Origin: an uncultured bacterium
GTDB taxonomy: Bacteria > Cloacimonadota > Cloacimonadia > Cloacimonadales > Cloacimonadaceae
NCBI GenBank assembly: GCA_937924555.1
Contig: CALDSN010000098.1
Span: 28,976-92,975, forward strand
Direction of reading: 5' to 3'
DNA: 64,000 nucleotides
Numbering within the stretch: position 1 is the first letter of the stretch; the number at the start of each line of letters is the position of its first letter. The position numbers and the translations under genes were made by a program. A model generated the notes under the pieces. The model saw only the letters and a program-made list of their open reading frames with translations. It ran no database searches and had not been told where the DNA came from. Positions 1 through 9,031 of this stretch are shown here, piece by piece.

Positions 1-876
1 ATAGGACCCGCATACAGCGATATAACCGCCAGAGTCGGCTTACGGTTGGCAGATTTGGCATATCCCATATATCTCAAGCAGCGGTTGGAGGATTTGTATG
101 CCTACCATAAGCTGAGCATCAGCCCCAAAGCAATGAAGGAGCAGCTTAAAGCTCTGGAAGGGGCTTGGATGGTGCTGGAAAGCTATGTTGGGGATGTGGA
201 AACATTGCTAAATACGGGTATAGACAAGAAAAGCAAAATCCTCTTTGAAGGGGCGCAGGGTGCACTGCTCGACCTCAGCTATGGCAGCTATCCCTATGTA
301 ACCTCCTCCCGTGTGATGACGGATGCAGTGGGGATTGGCACGGGATATTCCGCCAGGAAGATAGATAACATTATCGGCGTGTATAAAGCCTACTGCACCA
401 GAGTTGGCGAAGGACCCTTCCCCACCGAACTGATGGATGAAACGGGTAACCGCATTCGCACCGTGGGCAATGAGTTTGGCAGCACCACCGGCAGACCTCG
501 CCGGGTAGGCTGGTTCGATGCCGTGGCAGCAAGCTATTCGGCAAGGATTAACGATGTGGACAGCATGGCTCTAACCTGCCTGGATGTGCTTAGCGGATTG
601 GAAGAGCTGAAGATTTGCACAGCATACGAGGTGTCCGGCAAGACAAGCAAGCATTACCCCGCACACCCTCTGGAGCAAGACTTGGTGAAACCGGTGTATG
701 AGAGCTTCAAGGGATGGGATAAGGATATCAGCACCTGCAAGAGCTTTGCCAAGCTGCCTGTTAATGCCAAGAGGTATCTGGAGGCGGTGGCGGATTTGCT
801 TAGCATTCCCATCGGCATAGTGTCAGTGGGAAAAGACAGAGAACAGACTTTTAAGCTTAAGATAAAAGGGTATTGA
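1..876 (+). CDS. purA: Adenylosuccinate synthetase (5'-truncated by window edge)
   Basis: Frame open from base 1 (IGPAYSD..RVGLR); motifs FEGAQGALLD, YPYVTSS, RVGEGPFPTE, EFGSTTGRPRRVGWFD. Confidence 0.97.
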   Translation: MGPAYSDITARVGLRLADLAYPIYLKQRLEDLYAYHKLSISPKAMKEQLKALEGAWMVLESYVGDVETLLNTGIDKKSKILFEGAQGALLDLSYGSYPYVTSSRVMTDAVGIGTGYSARKIDNIIGVYKAYCTRVGEGPFPTELMDETGNRIRTVGNEFGSTTGRPRRVGWFDAVAASYSARINDVDSMALTCLDVLSGLEELKICTAYEVSGKTSKHYPAHPLEQDLVKPVYESFKGWDKDISTCKSFAKLPVNAKRYLEAVADLLSIPIGIVSVGKDREQTFKLKIKGY

Positions 877-2057
877 GCATGAAGCGGAGTGTGTTGATAG
901 TTCTTAGTATGCTGTTTGCATACTGTGGGGTGTTTGCCGATACTGCGGACAGTTTATCGCTACCCCTGCCTCAATTCATGAATCCTTTCTATGACAGCTT
1001 TTCCCGTAATTACTTTGGGGCTGCTGCAGCGGGAAGAGGGTATGCCGGAGCAGCCTATCTGGGTGATGTGTGTGGGGTGAGTTTGAATCCTGCTACTTTA
1101 CTGCCGGATTCCACTGCTGTATCTGCCGAGATGGATTTGAAACTGCCGGTTAGAGCAGGCGGATACCCCTCCGTGGCATATTATTCCACCCGCAACCCCT
1201 TTGGCTTGGTGGCGGTGAACGGAAAGCTTAATGATAAGGTAAGTGCTGCCGTTACATACAGCCTGCCTAAATCCATCTATCTGGATGATTTCTCCATTAT
1301 TATCAATCAAGGTGCAGGGATTGTGCAACGCTTTCCCAGCTACTATCTAAACCAGCTTACCCTGAATGCTGCCTATCACAATAAAAACTGGCACTTGGGG
1401 CTGAACCTGAACAACCAATTGCACTATATTGATGATCCCATCTTCCTGCATACTTGGGAACGGGTTCGCAGCTATAAGTATGCGTTAAGGGTTCAACCGG
1501 GTGTCGTTTATTCGGGTAAGCGAATCAGCTTTGGGCTTAGTGCCATGCCTCCGGTGGAGTTCAATTGGGACTTGAAGTTTGCGGAGTATAAGGTGCTGGA
1601 GCCCCTATGGGTAAATGCAGGGCTGAGTCTGACGAACAAAGAGAACCGCTATCTCTTCGACGCAGAATATGAAGAGTTTAGCAAGATAGACCCCAAGTAT
1701 CACGATAGGATGATGCTTAAAGCAGGCTATGAAAAGGACATGGGCAAGGTTATTTACCGTCTGGGTTATCTATATAGCCCGGAAGTGTATAGCGGTGTGA
1801 TAAAACTGCCCGAGAACCCTGAAGCCAGCATGTCCAGCAGTTACTGGTGGGGTGATGTGTCTAAAACCTTGCTTATATACCCCAATGAACAGCATTTCCT
1901 TACCGGTGGCTTTACATACTTTCATAAATACGGCACCTTCAGTGCATCTGCCATGCAGGTTGTTTCCGGGGAGGAAACTCAGTTCCAGTTCAATATGAAC
2001 CTCAGTTTCTATCTGGACAGCATACGCCGATTGGGGCAAAGGAAGCCAAGTGTTTAA
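873..2057 (+). CDS. Signal-peptide protein, probable outer-membrane beta-barrel (FadL/long-chain fatty acid transporter-like)
   Basis: N-terminal signal peptide; 'GAAAAGRGYAG..NPA' FadL-like N-terminus; alternating aromatic/hydrophobic strands. Confidence 0.5.
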   Translation: MSMKRSVLIVLSMLFAYCGVFADTADSLSLPLPQFMNPFYDSFSRNYFGAAAAGRGYAGAAYLGDVCGVSLNPATLLPDSTAVSAEMDLKLPVRAGGYPSVAYYSTRNPFGLVAVNGKLNDKVSAAVTYSLPKSIYLDDFSIIINQGAGIVQRFPSYYLNQLTLNAAYHNKNWHLGLNLNNQLHYIDDPIFLHTWERVRSYKYALRVQPGVVYSGKRISFGLSAMPPVEFNWDLKFAEYKVLEPLWVNAGLSLTNKENRYLFDAEYEEFSKIDPKYHDRMMLKAGYEKDMGKVIYRLGYLYSPEVYSGVIKLPENPEASMSSSYWWGDVSKTLLIYPNEQHFLTGGFTYFHKYGTFSASAMQVVSGEETQFQFNMNLSFYLDSIRRLGQRKPSV

Positions 2058-3177
2058 CCCCGTGGTGCAGATTCGCCGTGTGGAAAGCTATGACCTCCCC
2101 TTGGTTGAGGAAGCGGTACGCAGCTTCTTCAAACTTGCCAAGAGCGGGATGCTTAACCGCTGTAAACGGGTATTGATTAAGCCCAACGCTCTGGGAGCGT
2201 ACCCCCCTGAACGAGCTGTAACTACCCATCCTGTGGTGCTGGAAGCCATCATCCGCTACCTGCTGGAAAAAAAGAAGGAAGTGTGGATTGGAGACAGCCC
2301 AGGTGGAACAGTGAACGTGGATAAAGTATGGCAGACTTGTGGTTTTGCCGACCTGGCTGAACGCTATCCCATTAAGGTAGTAAACCTTTCCACAGAGGGC
2401 TTTCGAGAACTGAAATACAAAGGAACTTCTGTAAAGATAAGCGAGGCATTCTGGCAATGCGGAACAGTTATCAATGTAGCTAAGTATAAAACCCATAGTT
2501 TAACTGCCTTCACCGGTTCGCTGAAGAACCTCTATGGCCTTGTTCCGGGGATGGTCAAGACCGATTACCACCGCCAGTATCCCGATACCAAGGGATTCTC
2601 GGAACTGCTGCTCGCATTGTACGCCCTTACCAAGAAGCGTATCTGTTACAGCTTCATTGATGGCATCGTCGGCATGGATGGTGCAGGTCCTTCAGCCGGC
2701 ACACCCCGCCCCTTTGGCTTGTTCATGGGCTCTAGTTCCATCCCTGCTTTGGACTACACGGCGGCAAGAATCATGGGCTTTGAGCTTGGTGATGTTCCAT
2801 ATATGAGTGCAGCCCTGCATCAGGATGGCATTCTGCCCTCACACATCGTAATCCCCACAAGCTTCAAGCATTATCGCATCCCTAATGCCGATATCCGCGG
2901 AGTGAAGCTTAGCAAGAATACTCTTAAGTATGTTCCTTCCTTCGCCAAGTATGCCTTTAAGGCGTTGTTTGACCTTCATCCCCAGGTAAGTGACCGCTGC
3001 AAGAACTGCGGTATCTGTGCCAAAAGCTGCCCCGTGGGTGCCATCTCATGGAATGCCCCCGAGCACCCATTTGTGCATAGCAACAAGTGTATTAAGTGCA
3101 TGTGTTGCCACGAGCTTTGCCCTTACCAAGCGATAGATATACACAAATCATTTGTTGCCAGGATGGTGATGCGATGA
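2050..3177 (+). CDS. DUF362 family protein with C-terminal 2x[4Fe-4S] ferredoxin domain
   Basis: LIKPN, TTHP, KYKTH, TGSLKNLYG motifs; CKNCGICAKSCP and CIKCMCCHELCP. Confidence 0.9.
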   Translation: MFNPVVQIRRVESYDLPLVEEAVRSFFKLAKSGMLNRCKRVLIKPNALGAYPPERAVTTHPVVLEAIIRYLLEKKKEVWIGDSPGGTVNVDKVWQTCGFADLAERYPIKVVNLSTEGFRELKYKGTSVKISEAFWQCGTVINVAKYKTHSLTAFTGSLKNLYGLVPGMVKTDYHRQYPDTKGFSELLLALYALTKKRICYSFIDGIVGMDGAGPSAGTPRPFGLFMGSSSIPALDYTAARIMGFELGDVPYMSAALHQDGILPSHIVIPTSFKHYRIPNADIRGVKLSKNTLKYVPSFAKYAFKALFDLHPQVSDRCKNCGICAKSCPVGAISWNAPEHPFVHSNKCIKCMCCHELCPYQAIDIHKSFVARMVMR

Positions 3178-3494
3178 AAGCAAGAAAGCAAGCAGCTCCC
3201 AAGAGTGTGCGAGTGGTCTTCTGGTCTGCCTTTTCCTTGATAGCTTTATGGATTTTGCTACTGGGAGGCAACAGCTTTTACAACACTTGGAAGCTCCAGC
3301 GTAAAGTTCACTTACTGGAGAAAGAAACCACCCACCTCAAAGCCGTTAATGATAGCCTTGCCCAAGAGAATGAACGGCTTAAAACGGATCCTGAAGCAGC
3401 CGAGAAAGCTGCACGGGAAAAATTTGGCTTAACCAAACCGGACGAAACAGTCTTCCGCTTTGTCCCCGCCAAAGAGGAAGCTCCGGACAAGTAA
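3174..3494 (+). CDS. ftsB: Septum formation initiator, FtsB/DivIC family
   Basis: ATG overlaps upstream stop; one TM helix, coiled coil, EKAAREKFGLTKPDETVF motif. Confidence 0.85.
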   Translation: MKARKQAAPKSVRVVFWSAFSLIALWILLLGGNSFYNTWKLQRKVHLLEKETTHLKAVNDSLAQENERLKTDPEAAEKAAREKFGLTKPDETVFRFVPAKEEAPDK

Positions 3495-3495
3495 C

Positions 3496-5160
3496 ATGGC
3501 TAATACCCGCAGCTTCGAAATCGCCGGATTCACCTCCATAGCTCCTGAGCTTAGAGAAGAACTGAGAGGCTTGATTTCGCAGATGCTGGAGGTGGATGAT
3601 ATTAACCGTCCCGAAAGGTGCGAAAAGATATTAGATCTCATAGAGCGAAACTGTTCCTTTACCCGCAAATCCCCCGTTCTGCACGAATTCACAGCTATCA
3701 TCATTGAGTACTTGCTGCAATACTTTCTAAGGGTGAAGTGTTCTCATGAGAGCGACATATACCATTTTTTGGGCTTGCTTAATCACACCCCCATCACTCC
3801 CGAATCCCCCTATTATCACACCCTGCTAACCAATATCAAGCCCATTAGCGATGTGGATCCCGGCACTCTCGACAAATTCAACCGTCTCCAGTTGTTATAC
3901 ATTTTCACCGAGAATATGGATTTTGATAATGCCCGACTTTTGCTTGCAGAATTGGAGCAAGTGCTAAGCCGTGAACATGCTCAGTTATGGGTTTTGTTAA
4001 ACTTAGCAAAGGCTCGCATCCTGAAACAGGACAATCGCATCAAAGAGCTGTTCCGCATGCGTTTGCTGCTGATTGTTGAGACCTATGAAGTGGATAGCTG
4101 CGATTCTGCGATAAACTTCCTATTGCGCTGGATTATGGTGGTTAACTGGCAACGCCAGACTGTGCTGAAAAAGGCATTGCTGATGCGGGTTTACCAAAGC
4201 ATCGCAGATCAACGCAGCCTCAACTGTGCTGTGGTGCTCTACGAACTTTTTGCCCTGGAGGACAGGCTGGTTCCCCCCTCAGAGAAGCTTGCCTATCAAA
4301 AGAAGCTTATCAAATTCCCCGCTTCCATTCTCAATGTACAGCAACTGCAAACCCTTTACTTCTTTGCGGGTAACTATAACAATGGAGTGCAATCACACTT
4401 CAAGGAATCCATCCAAAACTATCAGTATTCCAACTACTTCCTGCATAAATGCTGGGAGCACTTGCTGGGCTTAAGCAGGTTTATGCGCATCCAAACCAAG
4501 CCGGAATGTTATTACAGTGCCATGCCCTATCTTGATGTGCGCATCCATGAGCTTAGTAATCAGGTTAGCATGCAGAATAACGCTTATGTGGAAAGCCTTC
4601 AGGCAGATTATGGCAAAATCGAGGAGCTGTATCAGAAAGTGGGTGAACTATCCCTTACAGACAGCCTCACAGGTCTGCGCAATCGTCGTTATCTGGAGAA
4701 TAACCTCTTCCAAATGGTGGTGTTAGCAGCAAGGCATAAAGTGCCGGTGTGTTTCAGCATGTTAGATATCGACTTCTTTAAGCTTACCAATGATACTTTT
4801 GGCCATCAAGCAGGGGATTATGTTCTGAAAGAGCTTGCCCATATCCTAATTAGCGAGTTTCGTAAGAGTGATATCATCATCCGCTATGGCGGGGAAGAAT
4901 TCCTGGTTATTCTCTTTGATTCGGATGTGGAACGAAGCAGCTTGATTATGGACGGCTTGAGGCAGAAGATTGCCCAGCATAGCTTCGAATTCCGTCATCA
5001 CACCATCCCCGTTACGGTTAGCATCGGCATCTCTTGTGATAACAGCCAGGATCCACGTCACAGCGATCTGAACAAATTTATAGCCCATGCGGATAGTGCT
5101 TTATACAAGGCAAAGAACGATGGACGCAACCGTCTGATTGTGTATTCTCCCCATATGTAA
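3496..5160 (+). CDS. Diguanylate cyclase (GGDEF) with long uncharacterised helical N-terminus
   Basis: TDSLTGLRNRRY, DIDFFKLTNDTFGHQAGD, RKSD I-site, RYGGEEF, LYKAKNDGRN; start chosen just after ftsB stop. Confidence 0.9.
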   Translation: MANTRSFEIAGFTSIAPELREELRGLISQMLEVDDINRPERCEKILDLIERNCSFTRKSPVLHEFTAIIIEYLLQYFLRVKCSHESDIYHFLGLLNHTPITPESPYYHTLLTNIKPISDVDPGTLDKFNRLQLLYIFTENMDFDNARLLLAELEQVLSREHAQLWVLLNLAKARILKQDNRIKELFRMRLLLIVETYEVDSCDSAINFLLRWIMVVNWQRQTVLKKALLMRVYQSIADQRSLNCAVVLYELFALEDRLVPPSEKLAYQKKLIKFPASILNVQQLQTLYFFAGNYNNGVQSHFKESIQNYQYSNYFLHKCWEHLLGLSRFMRIQTKPECYYSAMPYLDVRIHELSNQVSMQNNAYVESLQADYGKIEELYQKVGELSLTDSLTGLRNRRYLENNLFQMVVLAARHKVPVCFSMLDIDFFKLTNDTFGHQAGDYVLKELAHILISEFRKSDIIIRYGGEEFLVILFDSDVERSSLIMDGLRQKIAQHSFEFRHHTIPVTVSIGISCDNSQDPRHSDLNKFIAHADSALYKAKNDGRNRLIVYSPHM

Positions 5161-5191
5161 CCCCACTTAAGTAAATCGTAAGTATAAAGCT

Positions 5192-5216
5192 AAGGGCGAA
5201 CAGATTGTTCGCCCTT
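5192..5216. terminator. Hairpin between convergent genes (probable bidirectional terminator)
   Basis: AAGGGCGAAC-agatt-GTTCGCCCTT, perfect 10-bp stem. Confidence 0.65.
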
Positions 5217-5236
5217 GCTTAATTTGGATACGATGC

Positions 5237-6232
5237 TTATTTTACTCGCACAATCTTTTGGGTGTTATTGGTGGATGCGGAGTTGATGTGGCAGAAATAT
5301 ATGCCATTGGCACAGGTGTTCCCCTGTTGATCCAAGCCGTCCCAACTAATCTGATGAAATCCTTCTATTAGCTTGAAGGACTTAAGCATTTGACCACGGG
5401 AGTTGTAGATGCTTACTTCTGCAGTTTCTCCTGCCTTCACATCCACATCCATGGAGGTGACATCACCAATTCTGGCGGGATTGGGATATATGTTTCTCAA
5501 GGCTGTTCCTTGCGGAAGTTCAGGAGCTGCTTGCTCTTCCGGAATGGTCACATTGATGGGTCCAAACATATCACTTCCTTGAAAATCCAAACACTCCAAC
5601 CAGTACCAATAGCTTCCACCTGCGCAAACTTCATCATCGCGATGGGTGTAGGTGGTGGTGGTTGAGCTGTTGGTTGCCGGGATCATTATCGGGGTGATGG
5701 ATACCGCTTCCGCAATATCCTGTATCTCAGCACGATACACGCGATAACCGCGCATGTTTGTTTCGGTTTGGCTTGTCCAGGAAAGGCTTACAAAGCTTGA
5801 TGCACTGTATGCTCCCATGAAGTTGGTAAGCTCCACAGGTAGGGGGACAACGCTCTCCCAGGATGAAAAAGCTCCCCAAGTCCAGCCACCGGTCTCAACC
5901 GCTGCCACATAGGCATAGTAATCCGTGCCGGCATCTAAACCGACAACATCAAACTTATACACGCCGGGGGAATCAAAGCTAAAGCTCGCTGCCCAATCTC
6001 CGGGCTGGTTCCAATTCGGATCGCAATATGCAGGTGCATTATACACCGCTGTGGTGGGGTGCAAGCCAAGATAATAGTAGTCCACATCTGCCGCTGGCTC
6101 AGCCGACCATTTGATTGTTCCCGTAGTGGGGCTTGTTTTCTCGAAGGATACCCAGTTCGGATGCCCGGGCGTTGCTGCTAAACATAAACCAATTACCAAG
6201 ATTAAACTCAGAGCCAGTATAACTCTTTTCAT
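5237..6232 (-). CDS. Secreted protein: FN3/Ig-like domains + FlgD-Ig/T9SS-type C-terminal domain
   Basis: Signal peptide; PLPVELTNF linker domain; NIYPNP...YNSRGQ...WDGLD...GIYFC...KIVRVK. Confidence 0.85.
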   Translation of the reverse strand: MKRVILALSLILVIGLCLAATPGHPNWVSFEKTSPTTGTIKWSAEPAADVDYYYLGLHPTTAVYNAPAYCDPNWNQPGDWAASFSFDSPGVYKFDVVGLDAGTDYYAYVAAVETGGWTWGAFSSWESVVPLPVELTNFMGAYSASSFVSLSWTSQTETNMRGYRVYRAEIQDIAEAVSITPIMIPATNSSTTTTYTHRDDEVCAGGSYWYWLECLDFQGSDMFGPINVTIPEEQAAPELPQGTALRNIYPNPARIGDVTSMDVDVKAGETAEVSIYNSRGQMLKSFKLIEGFHQISWDGLDQQGNTCANGIYFCHINSASTNNTQKIVRVK

Positions 6233-6285
6233 GTGTTCCTCGCAAAATAATTATTTCCCTTTGGGGGATTGGTGACAAGTTATAA

Positions 6286-6301
6286 AGCATGAGCTGTTCC
6301 A
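6286..6301 (-). promoter_or_regulatory. Candidate sigma54 -24/-12 promoter
   Basis: Minus strand TGGAACAGCTCATGCT, GG-N10-GC spacing, ~55 nt before ATG 6232. Confidence 0.45.
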
Positions 6302-6447
6302 AAGCAGTACCACCGTCGTGATATGCCTTCTATATGTTTTGGTAGCTATAAGATACAGAATATCCTAAGAGCTGTATTCCTCCTCCTTAGCTCAGATTTT
6401 GGGGTGGAATTCCATATCTGGATTCCATTATTGGAATTGCTTCCCCC

Positions 6448-6554
6448 CTTAGCCCTTGCCTATGGGGTTACCGTTGAGATACGGTTGCGATTCCCAGTGA
6501 TTTGCTGGGAGGCGCAACCGCATCTCAACGGTAACCCCATAAGCAAGGGCTAGG
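6448..6554. repeat. Long intergenic inverted repeat (42-bp arms)
   Basis: 6448-6489 pairs with 6513-6554 (2 mismatches, 1 G.T); inner TCCCAG/CTGGGA stem. Confidence 0.9.
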
Positions 6555-6580
6555 AAGCGAGAAGGAGAAACCCGTGCATT

Positions 6581-6650
6581 TATTTCGCTACACATAGAAA
6601 TAGCTTGACGAATAAGCAGCCCCTGCTAATGTATCGCTAAATAACGAAAT
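6581..6650 (+). promoter_or_regulatory. sigma70 promoter flanked by two putative ArsR operators
   Basis: TTGACG 6605-6610, TGnTAATGT 6624-6632; TATTTC-N10-GAAATA 6581-6602 and a similar copy 6631-6650. Confidence 0.65.
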
Positions 6651-7260
6651 GGATGTGGATATGGATGCCTTACAGTTGTTTAAGGGATTGGCGGATGAAT
6701 CCAGAATGCAGATTATCCGCTTGCTCAGAACCAAGCCCTATTGTGTGGAAGATATCGCCGAAGAGCTTCAATTGGCGGTTTCCACCGTGTCGGCACACTT
6801 GAAGAAGCTGCAAAGTGCGGGCTTGGTGTATGCCGTAAAAGTGCAATATTACAGTGTATATCATCTAAAGAAGGAGATATTGGAGATGAAACTAAATGAG
6901 ATTATGCCTCCTGAGGCAGAGATAAAGCCGAACAGGACGGAGATTCTGCGCAACAAAGTGTTGCAGACCTATTTCCGGGATGGCAAGGTTAGCCGTTTGC
7001 CCACCCAAAACAAGAAGCGGTGGATAGTGTATCTGGAGATAATAAAGCTCTTTGAGCCGGGGAGAAGCTATCCTGAAAGAGAACTGAATGAGCTTATTGC
7101 CACCGTGTATGAGGACTATTGCATGGTGCGCCGTGAGCTGGTTGATGAGGGAGTGCTGAGCCGCCAGGATGGGATATACCGGCTGGTGGAGAACTATGAA
7201 GCCAATCCGGGCTTTTACCAAAAGATTTGGCGGATGAGCGAGGAAAGCTTGGAGGCGTAG
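6649..7260 (+). CDS. ArsR/SmtB-family regulator with C-terminal DUF2087
   Basis: FKGLADESRMQIIRLL...STVSAHLKKL; LPTQNKKR...YPERELN...DYCMVRRELVD. Confidence 0.88.
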   Translation: MDVDMDALQLFKGLADESRMQIIRLLRTKPYCVEDIAEELQLAVSTVSAHLKKLQSAGLVYAVKVQYYSVYHLKKEILEMKLNEIMPPEAEIKPNRTEILRNKVLQTYFRDGKVSRLPTQNKKRWIVYLEIIKLFEPGRSYPERELNELIATVYEDYCMVRRELVDEGVLSRQDGIYRLVENYEANPGFYQKIWRMSEESLEA

Positions 7261-7377
7261 CAAACAAGACGAAGCCAAGAATTGAGTTGACAAATATTCT
7301 TGGCTTTGTCCCCTTGCAAAAAAGATAAAGCAAGGGGTTGGCGGGCTTTGCTTGCCGGCAAAGATGGTGGTAAACAC

Positions 7378-8919
7378 ATGGTAGGAAAAGCGCTTACATA
7401 CACAACCATTGGCATTGATGCGCAACAGGTATCCGTGGAGTGCGACAGCAGTTCCGGCTTTTATGTGGTGAATATCGTGGGGATGGCGTCCTCTGCAGTC
7501 AAGGAAAGTAAGGACAGGGTGTTTGCCGCCATTAAGAATGCGGGATATGACACCGCTCCCCGAAGGTATACCATAAACCTCGCACCGGCGGATATCAGGA
7601 AGGATAGTGCAGCTTTGGATTTACCTATTGCAGTTGCTGTTCTGGGCTGCAACAAGATCATTAAAGTAAACGACTACCGCAAGATAGGCATCATCGGAGA
7701 GCTTTCCTTGGATGGTAATGTTCGTCCTGTTTCAGGTGTGTTGCCCATTGCCATTGCTGCCCGAAAAGACAACATCGATACTCTGATTGTCCCCTTTGAG
7801 AATGCGGAAGAAGCAGCCATCATCGAAGGCTTGAATGTTATACCCGTTACTTCCCTGCGTGAATGTGCCGATTGGCTTACCGGGCAGATAAATCTGGTTC
7901 CCGCCTCGGTTGACCGCGATAAGATATTCCAGGTGCTGAACGACTTCCCTGTGGATATGCATGATGTAAAGGGGCAGTTTCAGGTAAAACGTGCTTTAGA
8001 GGTTGCCGCAGCAGGTGGGCATAACCTGCTGATGGTTGGTCCTCCCGGTAGCGGTAAAACAATGCTGGCTCGCAGAGTGCCTACCATTCTGCCGGAGCTT
8101 AACTTGGATGAAGCCCTGGAAGCCACCAAGATTCACAGCGTTGCGGGGATGTCCAAACACTTCCGCAACGGAATCCTTACCACGCGTCCCTTTCGATCTC
8201 CACACCACACTATTTCGGACATTGCTCTAATTGGGGGTGGAGCTTTCCCCAAGCCGGGAGAGGTTAGCCTTTCGCACCGCGGTGTATTGTTTTTGGATGA
8301 GTTACCTGAGTTCAAACGTGCAGTTTTGGAAGTGCTGCGTCAGCCATTGGAGGATGGGATTGTAACCATTTCCCGCGCTGCCACAAGCCTCACCTTTCCT
8401 GCCGAGTTTATGTTGATTGCCAGCATGAACCCCTGTCCTTGCGGCTATAACGGGGCAAACATCCCCAATCATAACTGCAATTGTGAGTGGGGAGCCATCC
8501 AGCGTTACCGCAACCGGGTATCCGGTCCCCTGCTGGATAGAATAGACATTCACGTAGAAGTACCGACGGTTACCTACGCGGATTTGGCATCCTTGCCCAC
8601 GGGCGATAGCTCGGCGGTTATCCGCACCAGGGTGAACAAAGCCAGAGCCATACAGCAAGAGCGCTTTGCTGAGTCCGGGATATTCAACAACTCGCAGATG
8701 AACTCCAAGCTATTGCGTAAACATTGCATTCTGGATACTGCCAGCCATGCTCTGTTGCAGAATGCGATAGATAAAATGGGCTATTCTGCCAGAGTGTTCG
8801 ATCGTATCCTGAAGGTTGCGCGCACCATCGCCGATCTGGAAGGCAGCAAGGGTATAAATAGCGAGCATATAAGCGAAGCAATCCAGTATCGTACTTTGGA
8901 TAGAAAGTACTGGAACTGA
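7378..8919 (+). CDS. comM: YifB/ComM Mg-chelatase-like AAA+ ATPase
   Basis: INLAPADIRKD...LDLPIA, GELSLDG, GPPGSGKT, RPFRSPHHT, LFLDELPEF, SGPLLDRID; true start probably 7378. Confidence 0.95.
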   Translation: MVGKALTYTTIGIDAQQVSVECDSSSGFYVVNIVGMASSAVKESKDRVFAAIKNAGYDTAPRRYTINLAPADIRKDSAALDLPIAVAVLGCNKIIKVNDYRKIGIIGELSLDGNVRPVSGVLPIAIAARKDNIDTLIVPFENAEEAAIIEGLNVIPVTSLRECADWLTGQINLVPASVDRDKIFQVLNDFPVDMHDVKGQFQVKRALEVAAAGGHNLLMVGPPGSGKTMLARRVPTILPELNLDEALEATKIHSVAGMSKHFRNGILTTRPFRSPHHTISDIALIGGGAFPKPGEVSLSHRGVLFLDELPEFKRAVLEVLRQPLEDGIVTISRAATSLTFPAEFMLIASMNPCPCGYNGANIPNHNCNCEWGAIQRYRNRVSGPLLDRIDIHVEVPTVTYADLASLPTGDSSAVIRTRVNKARAIQQERFAESGIFNNSQMNSKLLRKHCILDTASHALLQNAIDKMGYSARVFDRILKVARTIADLEGSKGINSEHISEAIQYRTLDRKYWN

Positions 8920-8973
8920 TTTCCGGCTTTAATCATCAATCTTGTTTTTCAGTTACAAGTCAAAACTTTGAGC

Positions 8974-9002
8974 TTGACACCTTTTTGTAACCAGACTATA
9001 GC
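8974..9002 (+). promoter_or_regulatory. sigma70 promoter of AraC gene
   Basis: TTGACA-17 nt-TATAGC. Confidence 0.55.
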
Positions 9003-9031
9003 AAAACTTATCATATATCAAGGATGAACGG

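Noticed and set aside
7300-7377. N-terminal extension of ComM from the ORF track
   Set aside because: Overlaps the promoter region; homologous proteins begin near the ATG at 7378
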